From assembly GCA_945859975.1 (NCBI GenBank), contig CAMAPH010000001.1:96001-160000 (forward strand): a DNA stretch of 64,000 nucleotides. The letters are read 5' to 3'. Positions 19,387 to 27,918 of the stretch are shown piece after piece. The DNA is from Chthonomonas calidirosea (GTDB lineage: Bacteria > Armatimonadota > Fimbriimonadia > Fimbriimonadales > Fimbriimonadaceae). The position numbers and the translations under genes are program-made. Below the pieces are notes generated by a model. That model was not told where the DNA came from and made no database searches. It was given only the letters and a program-made list of their open reading frames with translations. How positions within the stretch are numbered: position 1 is the first letter of the stretch; each line of letters opens with the position of its first letter.

Positions 19387-20450
19387 GCGCGATAAAGGTC
19401 CTTCCACTCGCTCCGTTCCTTCACCACGGTTTCGAGATACTCCTTCCAGGCCAGGGTGTCTTGGCTGGCGTCTTTGATCACGGCTCCGGTGAGGGCACTG
19501 GCGAGATCGGCGGCGCGGAGCTTGCCGTCGCCAAAGTGGGCGGCCATGGCAAGACCGCTGTTTAGGACGGAGATCGCTTCGGCGGTGCTGAGGGTTCCGG
19601 AGGGGACCTTCAGTTTCGTTTTCTTGTCGAGCGTCATGCCTTCGCGGAGCTCTCGGAAGATGGTGACGAGGCGCTTGATGTCTTCTAGGGCGGGTGGTTC
19701 GGCGGGGAGTTCAAGGGCTCGGCCAATGGCTTCGGAGCGCTGGCGCACGATCTCGGCTTCTTCCTCAAACGTGTCGGGAAGGGGCAGGTGGACGGTGTTG
19801 AAGCGGCGTCTTAAGGCCGAAGACAGGTCGTTGACGCCGCGGTCTCGGTCGTTGGCGGTGGCGATGACGTTGAAGCCTTTTCGCGCTTGGACTTCGTCGT
19901 TCAGCTCGGGGATCGGGAGCGACTTTTCGGAGAGGACGGTGATGAGGGCGTCTTGGACGTCGGATGGGATTCGGGTGAGTTCTTCGACGCGGGCGATTTT
20001 GCCGGTTTCCATCGCGCGCATGATGGGCGAGGGCACGAGGGCGGAGCGGGATGGGCCTTCGGCGAGGAGTTTGGCGTAGTTCCAGCCGTAGCGCAGGGTT
20101 TCTTCGCTGGTGCCGGAGGTGCCTTGGACGAGGAGGGTGGAGTCGCCGGAGGTCGCGGCGGCGAGGTGCTCGGCGAGCCAGGTTTTGGCGGTTCCGGGGA
20201 CGCCGAGCAGGAGCAACGCGCGATCGGTGGCTAGGGTGGCGATGGCGACTTCGACAATCGTCCGCTTGCCGATGTACTTCGGCGTGACTTCGAAGCCGTT
20301 TGGCAGGGTGCCGCCGAGAATGTACGTTGCCACCGCCCAGGGGGACAGCTTCCAGCTTGGCGGACGCGGCCGGTCGTCGGCCTTGCCTAGCTCGATGAGT
20401 TCGGACTGAAAGGCCTGTTCGGCGTGTTGGCGGAGGATAGGTTCATTCAT
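19368..20450 (-). CDS. MoxR-type AAA+ ATPase, YehL subfamily
   Basis: Walker A GVPGTAKT, Walker B RVEELTR, ATANDRDRGVNDLSSALRRRF, LSTAEAIS. Confidence 0.92.
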   Translation of the reverse strand: MNEPILRQHAEQAFQSELIELGKADDRPRPPSWKLSPWAVATYILGGTLPNGFEVTPKYIGKRTIVEVAIATLATDRALLLLGVPGTAKTWLAEHLAAATSGDSTLLVQGTSGTSEETLRYGWNYAKLLAEGPSRSALVPSPIMRAMETGKIARVEELTRIPSDVQDALITVLSEKSLPIPELNDEVQARKGFNVIATANDRDRGVNDLSSALRRRFNTVHLPLPDTFEEEAEIVRQRSEAIGRALELPAEPPALEDIKRLVTIFRELREGMTLDKKTKLKVPSGTLSTAEAISVLNSGLAMAAHFGDGKLRAADLASALTGAVIKDASQDTLAWKEYLETVVKERSEWKDLYRACRELL

Positions 20451-20482
20451 GGTTCTGTACTCAGAGAATTAGGCGGGGAGGT

Positions 20483-21865
20483 CTAGGCGAGGGAATCTAG
20501 GCTGGATAGCAGGCGTTTTCGGAGGCTCAAAATGTTGCGCACTTCGAGGCGGGTGTCTTCGAAGACGTGGTGCTGTTCGATTGGCATCTCGGTCCGCGAG
20601 ATGGCATCGACATGCATGTTGAGGGCGAAGAAAGGAAGAATGACGTGGGAACTGCTGCTCGTTTTCAAAGTGTCAATTAGGGCGCAGGAGAGCTCGAAGG
20701 ATAGGGGACGCTTTGACGCAATGATCATCTGCACGATCAAGTCCGATTGATACTCCACGCCGCGAAGACCCTTGAGGGCAATTCGCTCGAACATTTCCGT
20801 ACTGGCGTGGGCGGCAAGCGCTCTACCCTTGAATTTGTAGATGTCCGAGCGAGAAACGAGTAATTCGTACAAAGCATCGAGCCAAGGCTGATCCTTAAAG
20901 CGAACGGCGGCAACGATGAGGCCTTCCAGCATCGCCCTATGATAGTCAGACTTACTCATGTGCTCAAAGAACTTCTCGCGGGCCCCGTTGGTGCCCCATG
21001 TAGACGGTGGGACATAGCTGACGACGTCAATGAGAGCCATGGCCTTCGGGCCCATTCCATCGATCTCAGGCGATTTGGGCAGCCACTTTGGAAGCTCACT
21101 TCGCTCTGGGGCTTCGATGATAAGGCTTGTGCTCAGGAACGATTTCTTCCAGTTTAGGATCGGGGCCGCGAGCAGGGCTAGTTCGTGCGCTACTTTGAAC
21201 GATGCTTGGGACGTGAGGAGCTCGAGTGCCGCCTCGCGGACCTCTTTTCGGCGATCCTTGAGTGCGACTTCTAGGATGGGTTCGTCGTGGATGCTGAGTT
21301 GGATTTGCAGTTGATTGACGGCTTTCAGGCGCTCTTTCCAATCCATCGTTTCGTACTCTGCCGTGAGCCACTCGCGGTAGGCGGCGGGGTCTTCGGTGCG
21401 CTTTGCGGCGAGCTTTTCGTCTTCGGATGGAGAGAGGTCAAGCCCTTGAAGCTGGGCGAGCCAGTGGCCGCGCTCGCCGATGACGGGAAGCAATTCCTCT
21501 CGGTGCTTTTTGATTAGGGGAAGGATCGCGGTGAGCAAGGCAGGCGGCAGGACCGCCCGACGCTGCTTCGCTTTCGCGGCCCATTCCAGGACGACGGGGG
21601 TCATCTTCTTATCTAGGGCCTCGCTCAGCGGCGCCTCAGATGCTTCGGCCACGTGGCCGATTTCCTGCGGTGCGGTGGGGAGCGGTTTAACTGAATCTAT
21701 GCCGACGACTCCGGCGCGGCGCATGAGATCGAGGGTGCCAGCTAGGACCAGGGCCTGCTTTTCAGATTTCTCGCCGGGCGTTTCGGGCAGGAAATCAACG
21801 GTGGGCAACGAGGCGCGCTGGGTGCCCACTTGGATGACGCTTGCAACTTCGTTAAAGGTCTTCAT
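20483..21865 (-). CDS. DUF5691-like helical/HEAT protein
   Basis: VGTQR, RRAG, GERGHWLA, DEPILEVALKDRRKEVR; lies between the SWIM and AAA genes. Confidence 0.75.
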   Translation of the reverse strand: MKTFNEVASVIQVGTQRASLPTVDFLPETPGEKSEKQALVLAGTLDLMRRAGVVGIDSVKPLPTAPQEIGHVAEASEAPLSEALDKKMTPVVLEWAAKAKQRRAVLPPALLTAILPLIKKHREELLPVIGERGHWLAQLQGLDLSPSEDEKLAAKRTEDPAAYREWLTAEYETMDWKERLKAVNQLQIQLSIHDEPILEVALKDRRKEVREAALELLTSQASFKVAHELALLAAPILNWKKSFLSTSLIIEAPERSELPKWLPKSPEIDGMGPKAMALIDVVSYVPPSTWGTNGAREKFFEHMSKSDYHRAMLEGLIVAAVRFKDQPWLDALYELLVSRSDIYKFKGRALAAHASTEMFERIALKGLRGVEYQSDLIVQMIIASKRPLSFELSCALIDTLKTSSSSHVILPFFALNMHVDAISRTEMPIEQHHVFEDTRLEVRNILSLRKRLLSSLDSLA

Positions 21866-21869
21866 TGCA

Positions 21870-23144
21870 TTACGTCCAAGGGTCGTCGGAGCCGCAGAGA
21901 ACGTTCAGGCTGGAGCCGTTCCATTCTCCAACGATTTCGATGGGTTGATTGCCAAATAGGGCAACGAGATACCAAGGGTCTTCTCCGTTTAACGGAAGGG
22001 CGCGACCTGAGGAGTCGATGACGAACCAGTCGGAGTCTTTTTGGCCGAAGCTTCCGGCGCTGATGGGAATGGGGACGCGCTCCGCCCACGGATTCTGGGA
22101 CCAGACATCCGCCGCGAACTCTAAGCCTTCCGCAATGAGGCCGCCTTTGCGGGGCTGGAAGGGTTGAGGTTCTATTTCGGTTAGATTGACCCGAAGGGGA
22201 TAGGCGGACGGGTAGTACTGCGCTTTCGCATGGAATGCCGTTCCAATGAGCGGCTGAAAATCGAACGGTTGTCCCGCGGCGGAGAACGCGAGGTGCAAGG
22301 CCCACTTGCCGGTAGAGCGTGCCTGGAGCCAGCTTCGGCAGGTGGTGATGCGATCTTCGGTTTCGATGGCGCTTCCGAGCACGTCCCAAACGTCTTCGAC
22401 CGGTTCGCCGGTGAGGTCCTCTTTTCGGAATGGAATTCCGACGGCAGTGCGGACGTCGGCCTTCAAACCTTCGGGGAGGGTTTCGATTCGCTTTGCCGCT
22501 TCAAGGAGTAGCGTTAGGTTGCCGAGCTGACCGGCAACATTGGGTCCCCAGGCCTCGCCGACGCCGATGGCGTTTCCGATTCGCTTAAGTCTGGTTGCGA
22601 TTCCGGGAGCTTGGGCGTCGACCATGCGCGCGGCCATTTGGTCCCAGCTTCGGGCAGATTGCGACGCATAGAGTCCTTGGGAGACCGCGTCTTCGAGGAA
22701 CGACTCGCACTCTTCGATCCCGGCGAGGATTTTGCTCCAGCGCTTTTCGGTTCGCTTTTCGGCGTCTGCGGGAGACGCGGCGGGGGTGGCGGCGGCTTTC
22801 TCGGCCTTTTGCTCGGATCGCTCCGCTCGCTTATCTAACCATTCTTGGACCCAGGTTGGCGGGGTTCCCGGTTCGATTTCGCTCTTAGCGTGGCGGAAGA
22901 GGAGTCCGAGGGCGTGCTTGCAGGGGAGTTTTCGGCTGGGGCAGGAGCACTTGTACGCGAGGTCCTTCAGATCGACGGCGGTTTGGTAAGGGTTCTTGCC
23001 GCTTCCCTTTGCTTCTCCCCACGCGGCGAGGTCGGTCTCGCCGATGCTTGCCCACTTGGCGGGGCTAGCCAGTTCTCGCCCGGCGCTGGCCGCCGCAGCG
23101 TCCGGGGCAAGCGCGATCACTTGTTCCGGGGTTAGGCGGGGCAT
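21870..23144 (-). CDS. SWIM zinc-finger protein (YehQ-like)
   Basis: GSGKNPYQ, CSCPSRKLPCKH SWIM motif, ARMVDAQAPG. Confidence 0.9.
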   Translation of the reverse strand: MPRLTPEQVIALAPDAAAASAGRELASPAKWASIGETDLAAWGEAKGSGKNPYQTAVDLKDLAYKCSCPSRKLPCKHALGLLFRHAKSEIEPGTPPTWVQEWLDKRAERSEQKAEKAAATPAASPADAEKRTEKRWSKILAGIEECESFLEDAVSQGLYASQSARSWDQMAARMVDAQAPGIATRLKRIGNAIGVGEAWGPNVAGQLGNLTLLLEAAKRIETLPEGLKADVRTAVGIPFRKEDLTGEPVEDVWDVLGSAIETEDRITTCRSWLQARSTGKWALHLAFSAAGQPFDFQPLIGTAFHAKAQYYPSAYPLRVNLTEIEPQPFQPRKGGLIAEGLEFAADVWSQNPWAERVPIPISAGSFGQKDSDWFVIDSSGRALPLNGEDPWYLVALFGNQPIEIVGEWNGSSLNVLCGSDDPWT

Positions 23145-23247
23145 TCGACAGTTTTACTCTACTGGAAAATCATTTCGGGCAGAATCCTGGCCTCATTTTC
23201 GGTCTGATCGATTCGAGGTTGAACGGGAATCACCCTTGAGATTTGCG

Positions 23248-23308
23248 TGTATCGAGCTTGTCACGCAAGGAATCCGAAAGTGTCACGCCAGTGTCCTGCC
23301 AGTGTTAC
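23248..23308 (+). promoter_or_regulatory. 11-bp-phased TGTCAC-like direct repeats (winged-helix regulator array)
   Basis: TGTATC 23248, TGTCAC 23259, TGTCAC 23281, TGTCCT 23292, TGTTAC 23303; spacings 11/22/11/11. Confidence 0.55.
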
Positions 23309-23360
23309 GGGCGAGGGATTCAATACATCCATCGGAGCGAAACCACTCCGGAAGGAACAC

Positions 23361-24116
23361 ATGAGAACATCCTTGATCGCCAGCGCTTTCGTAGCCATCG
23401 CCGCTATCTCGTCGTCCATCGCCGTTTCCGGGAACGTGGCAAAGAAGGCTACGAGCACCGACCCGCTTCACCTGACCCTGGCCAATGAGCTGGTGGATGG
23501 CATCCTCGCTCAGGCCGCCAACGGCGAAACCGAGGACGCCAGCGGAACCTTGACCAATCGGTACGGTGGCGCCGTGGGTAGCTACTACATCACCTTTGCC
23601 GACGCAAATGTGGAGGGGTCGATGTATTCCAACTTCACGCGCTGCGCTCCGTTTTTGACGCAACTCTTCAAAGCGGCTTACGGCTGGACGCCACCAACGG
23701 CGATTGGCAACAGCCCGGACCCTAAGAAGTACTACAACTCGATCGTGGATAACAAGAACGGATTCTCGAAGCGAGCCAAGTTCACCGACTGGCAGCCAGG
23801 TGACATCCTTGCGAGCCCCTATTACGATCCGAATCCGAACATCGGGCACGTGATGCTGATCCTAGGTGCGCAGGAGATTTCGAACAATGCAGAGACGAAA
23901 ACCCGTGAGTACGCAGTTCAGGTGCTGGACTCATCGTCTGATCAGCATTCTAGCGACACACGCACATTGTTTGGCAGCTTGCCGAAGGGCGTTGGTCGGG
24001 GAGTTATCAAGGTGAAGACCGTTGATGACCAAATCACGCAGTGGGCTTGGAAAGTGACCAACAGCTACTACAGCGGCAAGGACCGCCCGCTGGCGATCGG
24101 CAAGATCAACCAGTAA
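23361..24116 (+). CDS. Secreted protein with NlpC/P60-like (papain-fold) Cys-His motifs
   Basis: SD GAAGGAA before ATG 23361; signal peptide; TRCAPF, WQPGDIL, GHVMLI, VLDS. Confidence 0.65.
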   Translation: MRTSLIASAFVAIAAISSSIAVSGNVAKKATSTDPLHLTLANELVDGILAQAANGETEDASGTLTNRYGGAVGSYYITFADANVEGSMYSNFTRCAPFLTQLFKAAYGWTPPTAIGNSPDPKKYYNSIVDNKNGFSKRAKFTDWQPGDILASPYYDPNPNIGHVMLILGAQEISNNAETKTREYAVQVLDSSSDQHSSDTRTLFGSLPKGVGRGVIKVKTVDDQITQWAWKVTNSYYSGKDRPLAIGKINQ

Positions 24117-24139
24117 TCGGCATGCATCGTCCGAGATTG

Positions 24140-24181
24140 AGTTTGAGCGGGCCAAGTTTGGTTCCGCTCAAACTTCCTTTT
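24140..24181 (+). terminator. Intrinsic terminator
   Basis: AGTTTGAGCGG...CCGCTCAAACT stem followed by TCCTTTT, downstream of the 24116 stop. Confidence 0.7.
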
Positions 24182-24258
24182 CTCTCAGCACTCGTTACAT
24201 TTACGGGTAAATATACGGCTCTCGGACGGGCTCGGACCGGCGTTGAACGAAGAAGATC

Positions 24259-25839
24259 ATGCTTGTAGCACTGTGTCTCTGCGGGGCGGTAGCGTTGGCT
24301 CACGCCATGACAAATCTTGATCTGGAGACCGCGACAAAAGCAGCGAATCCAATTCTATGGGCAGATGTGCCGGATGTTTCGATCGTCCGAGTAGGCAAGG
24401 CTTACTACATGGCCAGCACGACGATGCACATGAGTCCCGGGCTGCCGATCATGAAGTCGACCGACCTGGTGAACTGGAAGCTCGTGAGCTATGCCTATGA
24501 GACCCTGGGCGATAACGACGCTTTGACCCTGCGGAACGGGAAAAGCGCCTACGGAAAGGGCTCTTGGGCACCGAGTTTGCGCTACCACAAGGGCACGTTT
24601 TACGCGACAACTTTTTCCTCGACGACCGGAAAGACTTACATTTTCACCACCAAGAATCCCGAAAAGGAGCCTTGGAAAGAGATTTCTTTCTCGCCATCTT
24701 TTCACGATCATTCGCTTTTCTTTGACGACGATGGGCGGGTGTATTTGGTGTACGGAGCGGGGGATATTCGGCTCGTCGAACTGAACGAGGATCTCTCGGG
24801 GGTTAAACCGGGCGGGACCAACAAGGTGATCATAAAGAACGCGACGGCGGTAGCCGGTGGTCAGCCGGGGTTGCCGGCGGAAGGCTCGCAGCTGTTCAAG
24901 GTCAGCGGCAAGTACTACATTTGCAACATCACCTGGCCGAGGGGCGGGATGCGGATGGAGTTGGTCCATCGTGCGGACACGATTGATGGTCCGTATGAAG
25001 GTCGCGTGATGTTCAAGGATCAGGGCATCGCGCAGGGTGGGATCGTCGACACGCCGGACGGGCGGTGGTTTAGTTACCTATTCCGCGATACGGGGGCGGT
25101 TGGACGGATTCCATGGTTGGTGCCGATGACGTGGGAGGATGGCTGGCCAGTGGTTGGGATTGACGGCAAAGCTCCGGCGACCTTGGACTTGCCGGATGCG
25201 AAGCTCGGAGTTTCCGGCATTGTCGCTTCTGACGAGTTCTCTCGACGTCGCGGCCAGCGCGCGCTGCCTTTGGCTTGGCAGTGGAACCACAATCCAGACG
25301 GCGCTTCATGGTCACTGAGTGCTCGGCCGGGGTTCTTGCGGTTGATTACTGGGCGAGTGGATTCGTCGGTGGTGGAAGCCAGAAACACGTTGACTCAGCG
25401 CACCTTTGGGCCGGTGAGTTCCGCCACGACGCTGCTTGATGCTCAAGGATTAAAGGATGGAGACGTCGCCGGGATGGTGGCGTTGATGGGGCGCTACGGC
25501 TACGTTGGCGTTAAGAAGTCGGGTGAAGAGTTTTCGGTTGTCGCGGTGAGTGCGGTTACGGGATCGCCGGTGGAAGTGGAGTCGGTTCAGGTTGGTTCTA
25601 GCCGGGTTTATCTTAAGATTGAGTGCGACTTTCGCGACGGTCGCGATGAGGCGACGTTCTTTTACAGCCTTGACGGCAAAACTTGGACCTCAATAGGCAA
25701 GACGGTAAAGCTGCGTTACGATCTAACTCACTTCATGGGCTGCCGATTCGGACTGTTTACGTACGCCACCAAGACTGCGGGCGGTCATGCCGACTTTGAC
25801 TTTTATCGGGTCAGCACCGAGCTTTCTGCAAGACCTTAG
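24259..25839 (+). CDS. Glycoside hydrolase family 43 (beta-xylosidase/arabinofuranosidase) with C-terminal beta-sandwich
   Basis: NPILWADVPDVS, SWAPS, HDHSLFFDDDG, AEGSQ, WQWNHNP, HFMGCRFGLF; signal peptide. Confidence 0.92.
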   Translation: MLVALCLCGAVALAHAMTNLDLETATKAANPILWADVPDVSIVRVGKAYYMASTTMHMSPGLPIMKSTDLVNWKLVSYAYETLGDNDALTLRNGKSAYGKGSWAPSLRYHKGTFYATTFSSTTGKTYIFTTKNPEKEPWKEISFSPSFHDHSLFFDDDGRVYLVYGAGDIRLVELNEDLSGVKPGGTNKVIIKNATAVAGGQPGLPAEGSQLFKVSGKYYICNITWPRGGMRMELVHRADTIDGPYEGRVMFKDQGIAQGGIVDTPDGRWFSYLFRDTGAVGRIPWLVPMTWEDGWPVVGIDGKAPATLDLPDAKLGVSGIVASDEFSRRRGQRALPLAWQWNHNPDGASWSLSARPGFLRLITGRVDSSVVEARNTLTQRTFGPVSSATTLLDAQGLKDGDVAGMVALMGRYGYVGVKKSGEEFSVVAVSAVTGSPVEVESVQVGSSRVYLKIECDFRDGRDEATFFYSLDGKTWTSIGKTVKLRYDLTHFMGCRFGLFTYATKTAGGHADFDFYRVSTELSARP

Positions 25840-25857
25840 GAACGAATTCCTTCGGTT

Positions 25858-27480
25858 TTGAATGTGCAAAACTTGCTCATGCTCTTCGCCGCCGCCATTC
25901 TTCCTCCGCCGACTGCCGACCTGTTGGTCGTCAACGCAAAGATTTGGACGGACGGTGCGCTGACTCAGAACTCGGTGCTTGGCGTTCGGGCGGGAAAGAT
26001 CGTATACGTTGGAAAGAGCACGCAGGGACTGCGCGGGCCAAAGACGCAGGTGCTTGATGCGAAGGGGCGCCTGCTCACACCCGGAATTATTGATGCCCAC
26101 ACGCATCTTGCCCGGGCCGGGGTCGGTTTCAAGTACGGCCTGGACCTGCGGGTTGCGACGTCGAAGGCACAGTTCATCGAGTTGGTTCGCAAGAAGGTGA
26201 CTACCTTGCCCGCCGGTGCTTGGCTGAGCGGACGAGGCTGGTCGACCGAGAGCTATACGGTGAAGGAGACCCCGCACCGGAACTGGATTGATGCCGTGAC
26301 CGGGGATCGACCCGCGGTGCTTACTCGGATGGACGGGCACAGCCTGCTGGCGAACTCCGCAGCGCTGAAGCTTGCCGGGATCTCTAAGGATGGCCCGGCA
26401 GATCCGCCGGGAGGAAGCATTGAGCGGGATCCGAAGACCGGAGAGCCAACCGGAATTCTTGTCGACGCTGCAATGCCGCTGATCCAGACGCCGGGCGCAA
26501 CTCGCGAGCAGCTTCGAGAGGGGCTCAAGGCGGTCGTGGCCGAAGCGAATCGATTTGGTGTTACGGCAGTCGGCGACATCATGGACCCACTCGCGGTTGC
26601 GACGGTTCGGGAGTACGCGGCAAACCCGAATCGCACCATTCGATTCGGCGTGTATTTGCAGTCCGAGTCACCGCTCGTCGTCGGTCTGGCAAAGCAAGCA
26701 AAGCCGATTCCGGGCTGGTTTGAACCTCGTGGAATCAAGTTGTACATGGATGGTTCGCTCGGATCGCGAAGTGCCTTCATGGCAGCGCCGTTTACCAAAC
26801 CGCTTCCGACGCAGCCCGCCGATTGGCGCGGCCTCCCTCGAATCGGCGCGACCAACGGCCAATATGCGTCGCTGATCAAGCAGGCCGCGGATGCCAACTT
26901 GCAGGTGATCACCCATGCGATTGGTGACCAAGCGAACAAGGATGCCCTCGACCTTTATGGCCGCGTTCCGAATTTGGCGCAACGCCGATTCCGAATTGAG
27001 CACGCGCAGCACCTGCTGCCTTCCGAGATCGGACGATTTGCGAAGCTCGGAGTGATCCCTTCGATGCAGCCGTTCCACAAAGCAGACGACGGCCGGTATT
27101 GCGACGACGTGATAGGCAAAGCGCGCAGCGAAAGCAGCTACACGTTCAAAGACCTGATCAAATCTGGAGCCAAGCTCACCTTCGGCAGCGACTTTCCGGT
27201 AGTTACCATCGATCCTTGGATCGGGATTCATACCGCCGTTACGGGCGAAATTCTCGGTGGCTCGGTCTGGATGCCGCAGCAGAACATCAGCTTCGATCAG
27301 GCACTCGACGCTTACACCCGAACAAGTGCGTATTCGATCTTTCGTGAGAAGGATCTCGGGCGGCTCGTTCCAGGCTATCAAGCGGACTTTGTGATCGTCG
27401 ACGGCTGGCCGTACGCCAAAAATGGCACCAAAAACCTTCGCGCAAACGCGACCTACGTCGCAGGACACAAAGTGTTCTAG
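25858..27480 (+). CDS. Amidohydrolase family 3 (YtcJ-like)
   Basis: PGIIDAHTH, KLYMDGSLGSRSA, THAIGD, RIEHAQ, FGSDFPV. Confidence 0.92.
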   Translation: MNVQNLLMLFAAAILPPPTADLLVVNAKIWTDGALTQNSVLGVRAGKIVYVGKSTQGLRGPKTQVLDAKGRLLTPGIIDAHTHLARAGVGFKYGLDLRVATSKAQFIELVRKKVTTLPAGAWLSGRGWSTESYTVKETPHRNWIDAVTGDRPAVLTRMDGHSLLANSAALKLAGISKDGPADPPGGSIERDPKTGEPTGILVDAAMPLIQTPGATREQLREGLKAVVAEANRFGVTAVGDIMDPLAVATVREYAANPNRTIRFGVYLQSESPLVVGLAKQAKPIPGWFEPRGIKLYMDGSLGSRSAFMAAPFTKPLPTQPADWRGLPRIGATNGQYASLIKQAADANLQVITHAIGDQANKDALDLYGRVPNLAQRRFRIEHAQHLLPSEIGRFAKLGVIPSMQPFHKADDGRYCDDVIGKARSESSYTFKDLIKSGAKLTFGSDFPVVTIDPWIGIHTAVTGEILGGSVWMPQQNISFDQALDAYTRTSAYSIFREKDLGRLVPGYQADFVIVDGWPYAKNGTKNLRANATYVAGHKVF

Positions 27481-27482
27481 GG

Positions 27483-27746
27483 CTATCTCATCGGACTAAT
27501 GAGGGCAACGAAAACCAGAACGCTTATGGCCGCCGTGATCCAAAACGCGACCTTGAACGAGCCCTTCTTGGTCTTGTGGCGGAACAGCTGCTGCGCGAGA
27601 AACGACCCTGGCCACCCTCCGAGGACGGCGGCAAGGAGCAGATTCTTCTCGGAAATCCGCCACCTGCCCTGCTGGGCCAATTGCTTGTCTAGGTAGATCA
27701 ACCCAAACGAAACGACGTTACTGGCAATTAGCAAAATCCAAATCAT
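27483..27746 (-). CDS. DUF1294 family membrane protein
   Basis: DKQLA...WRISEKNL...GGWPG...FRHKTKK signature. Confidence 0.92.
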   Translation of the reverse strand: MIWILLIASNVVSFGLIYLDKQLAQQGRWRISEKNLLLAAVLGGWPGSFLAQQLFRHKTKKGSFKVAFWITAAISVLVFVALISPMR

Positions 27747-27918
27747 TTATGTTCCACAGCCAGCATACAATCCTCACGTGCGGATGCAACTGATCACGCA
27801 TCCTGCATCAAGGATCAGATTCATCTCACCGGCAGTTTTCATATCCGCCAGAAAACCAGTACAAAAGGCTGAATGACGCACGACGTTCTCGCGATTTTGC
27901 CAACGATACAATATAAGT

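Noticed and set aside
16069..23135. Many plus-strand and alternate-frame ORFs inside the yeh-like cassette, including 21862-22389
   Set aside because: Arg/Ser/Ala-rich shadow ORFs; the SWIM gene reads intact to its own stop, so no frameshift needs to be invoked
27826..27837. 12-mer TCACCGGCAGTT shared with the minus strand at 56149-56160 (both candidate small ORFs contain SPAV)
   Set aside because: A single 12-bp match is expected by chance at this sequence length; flanks do not align
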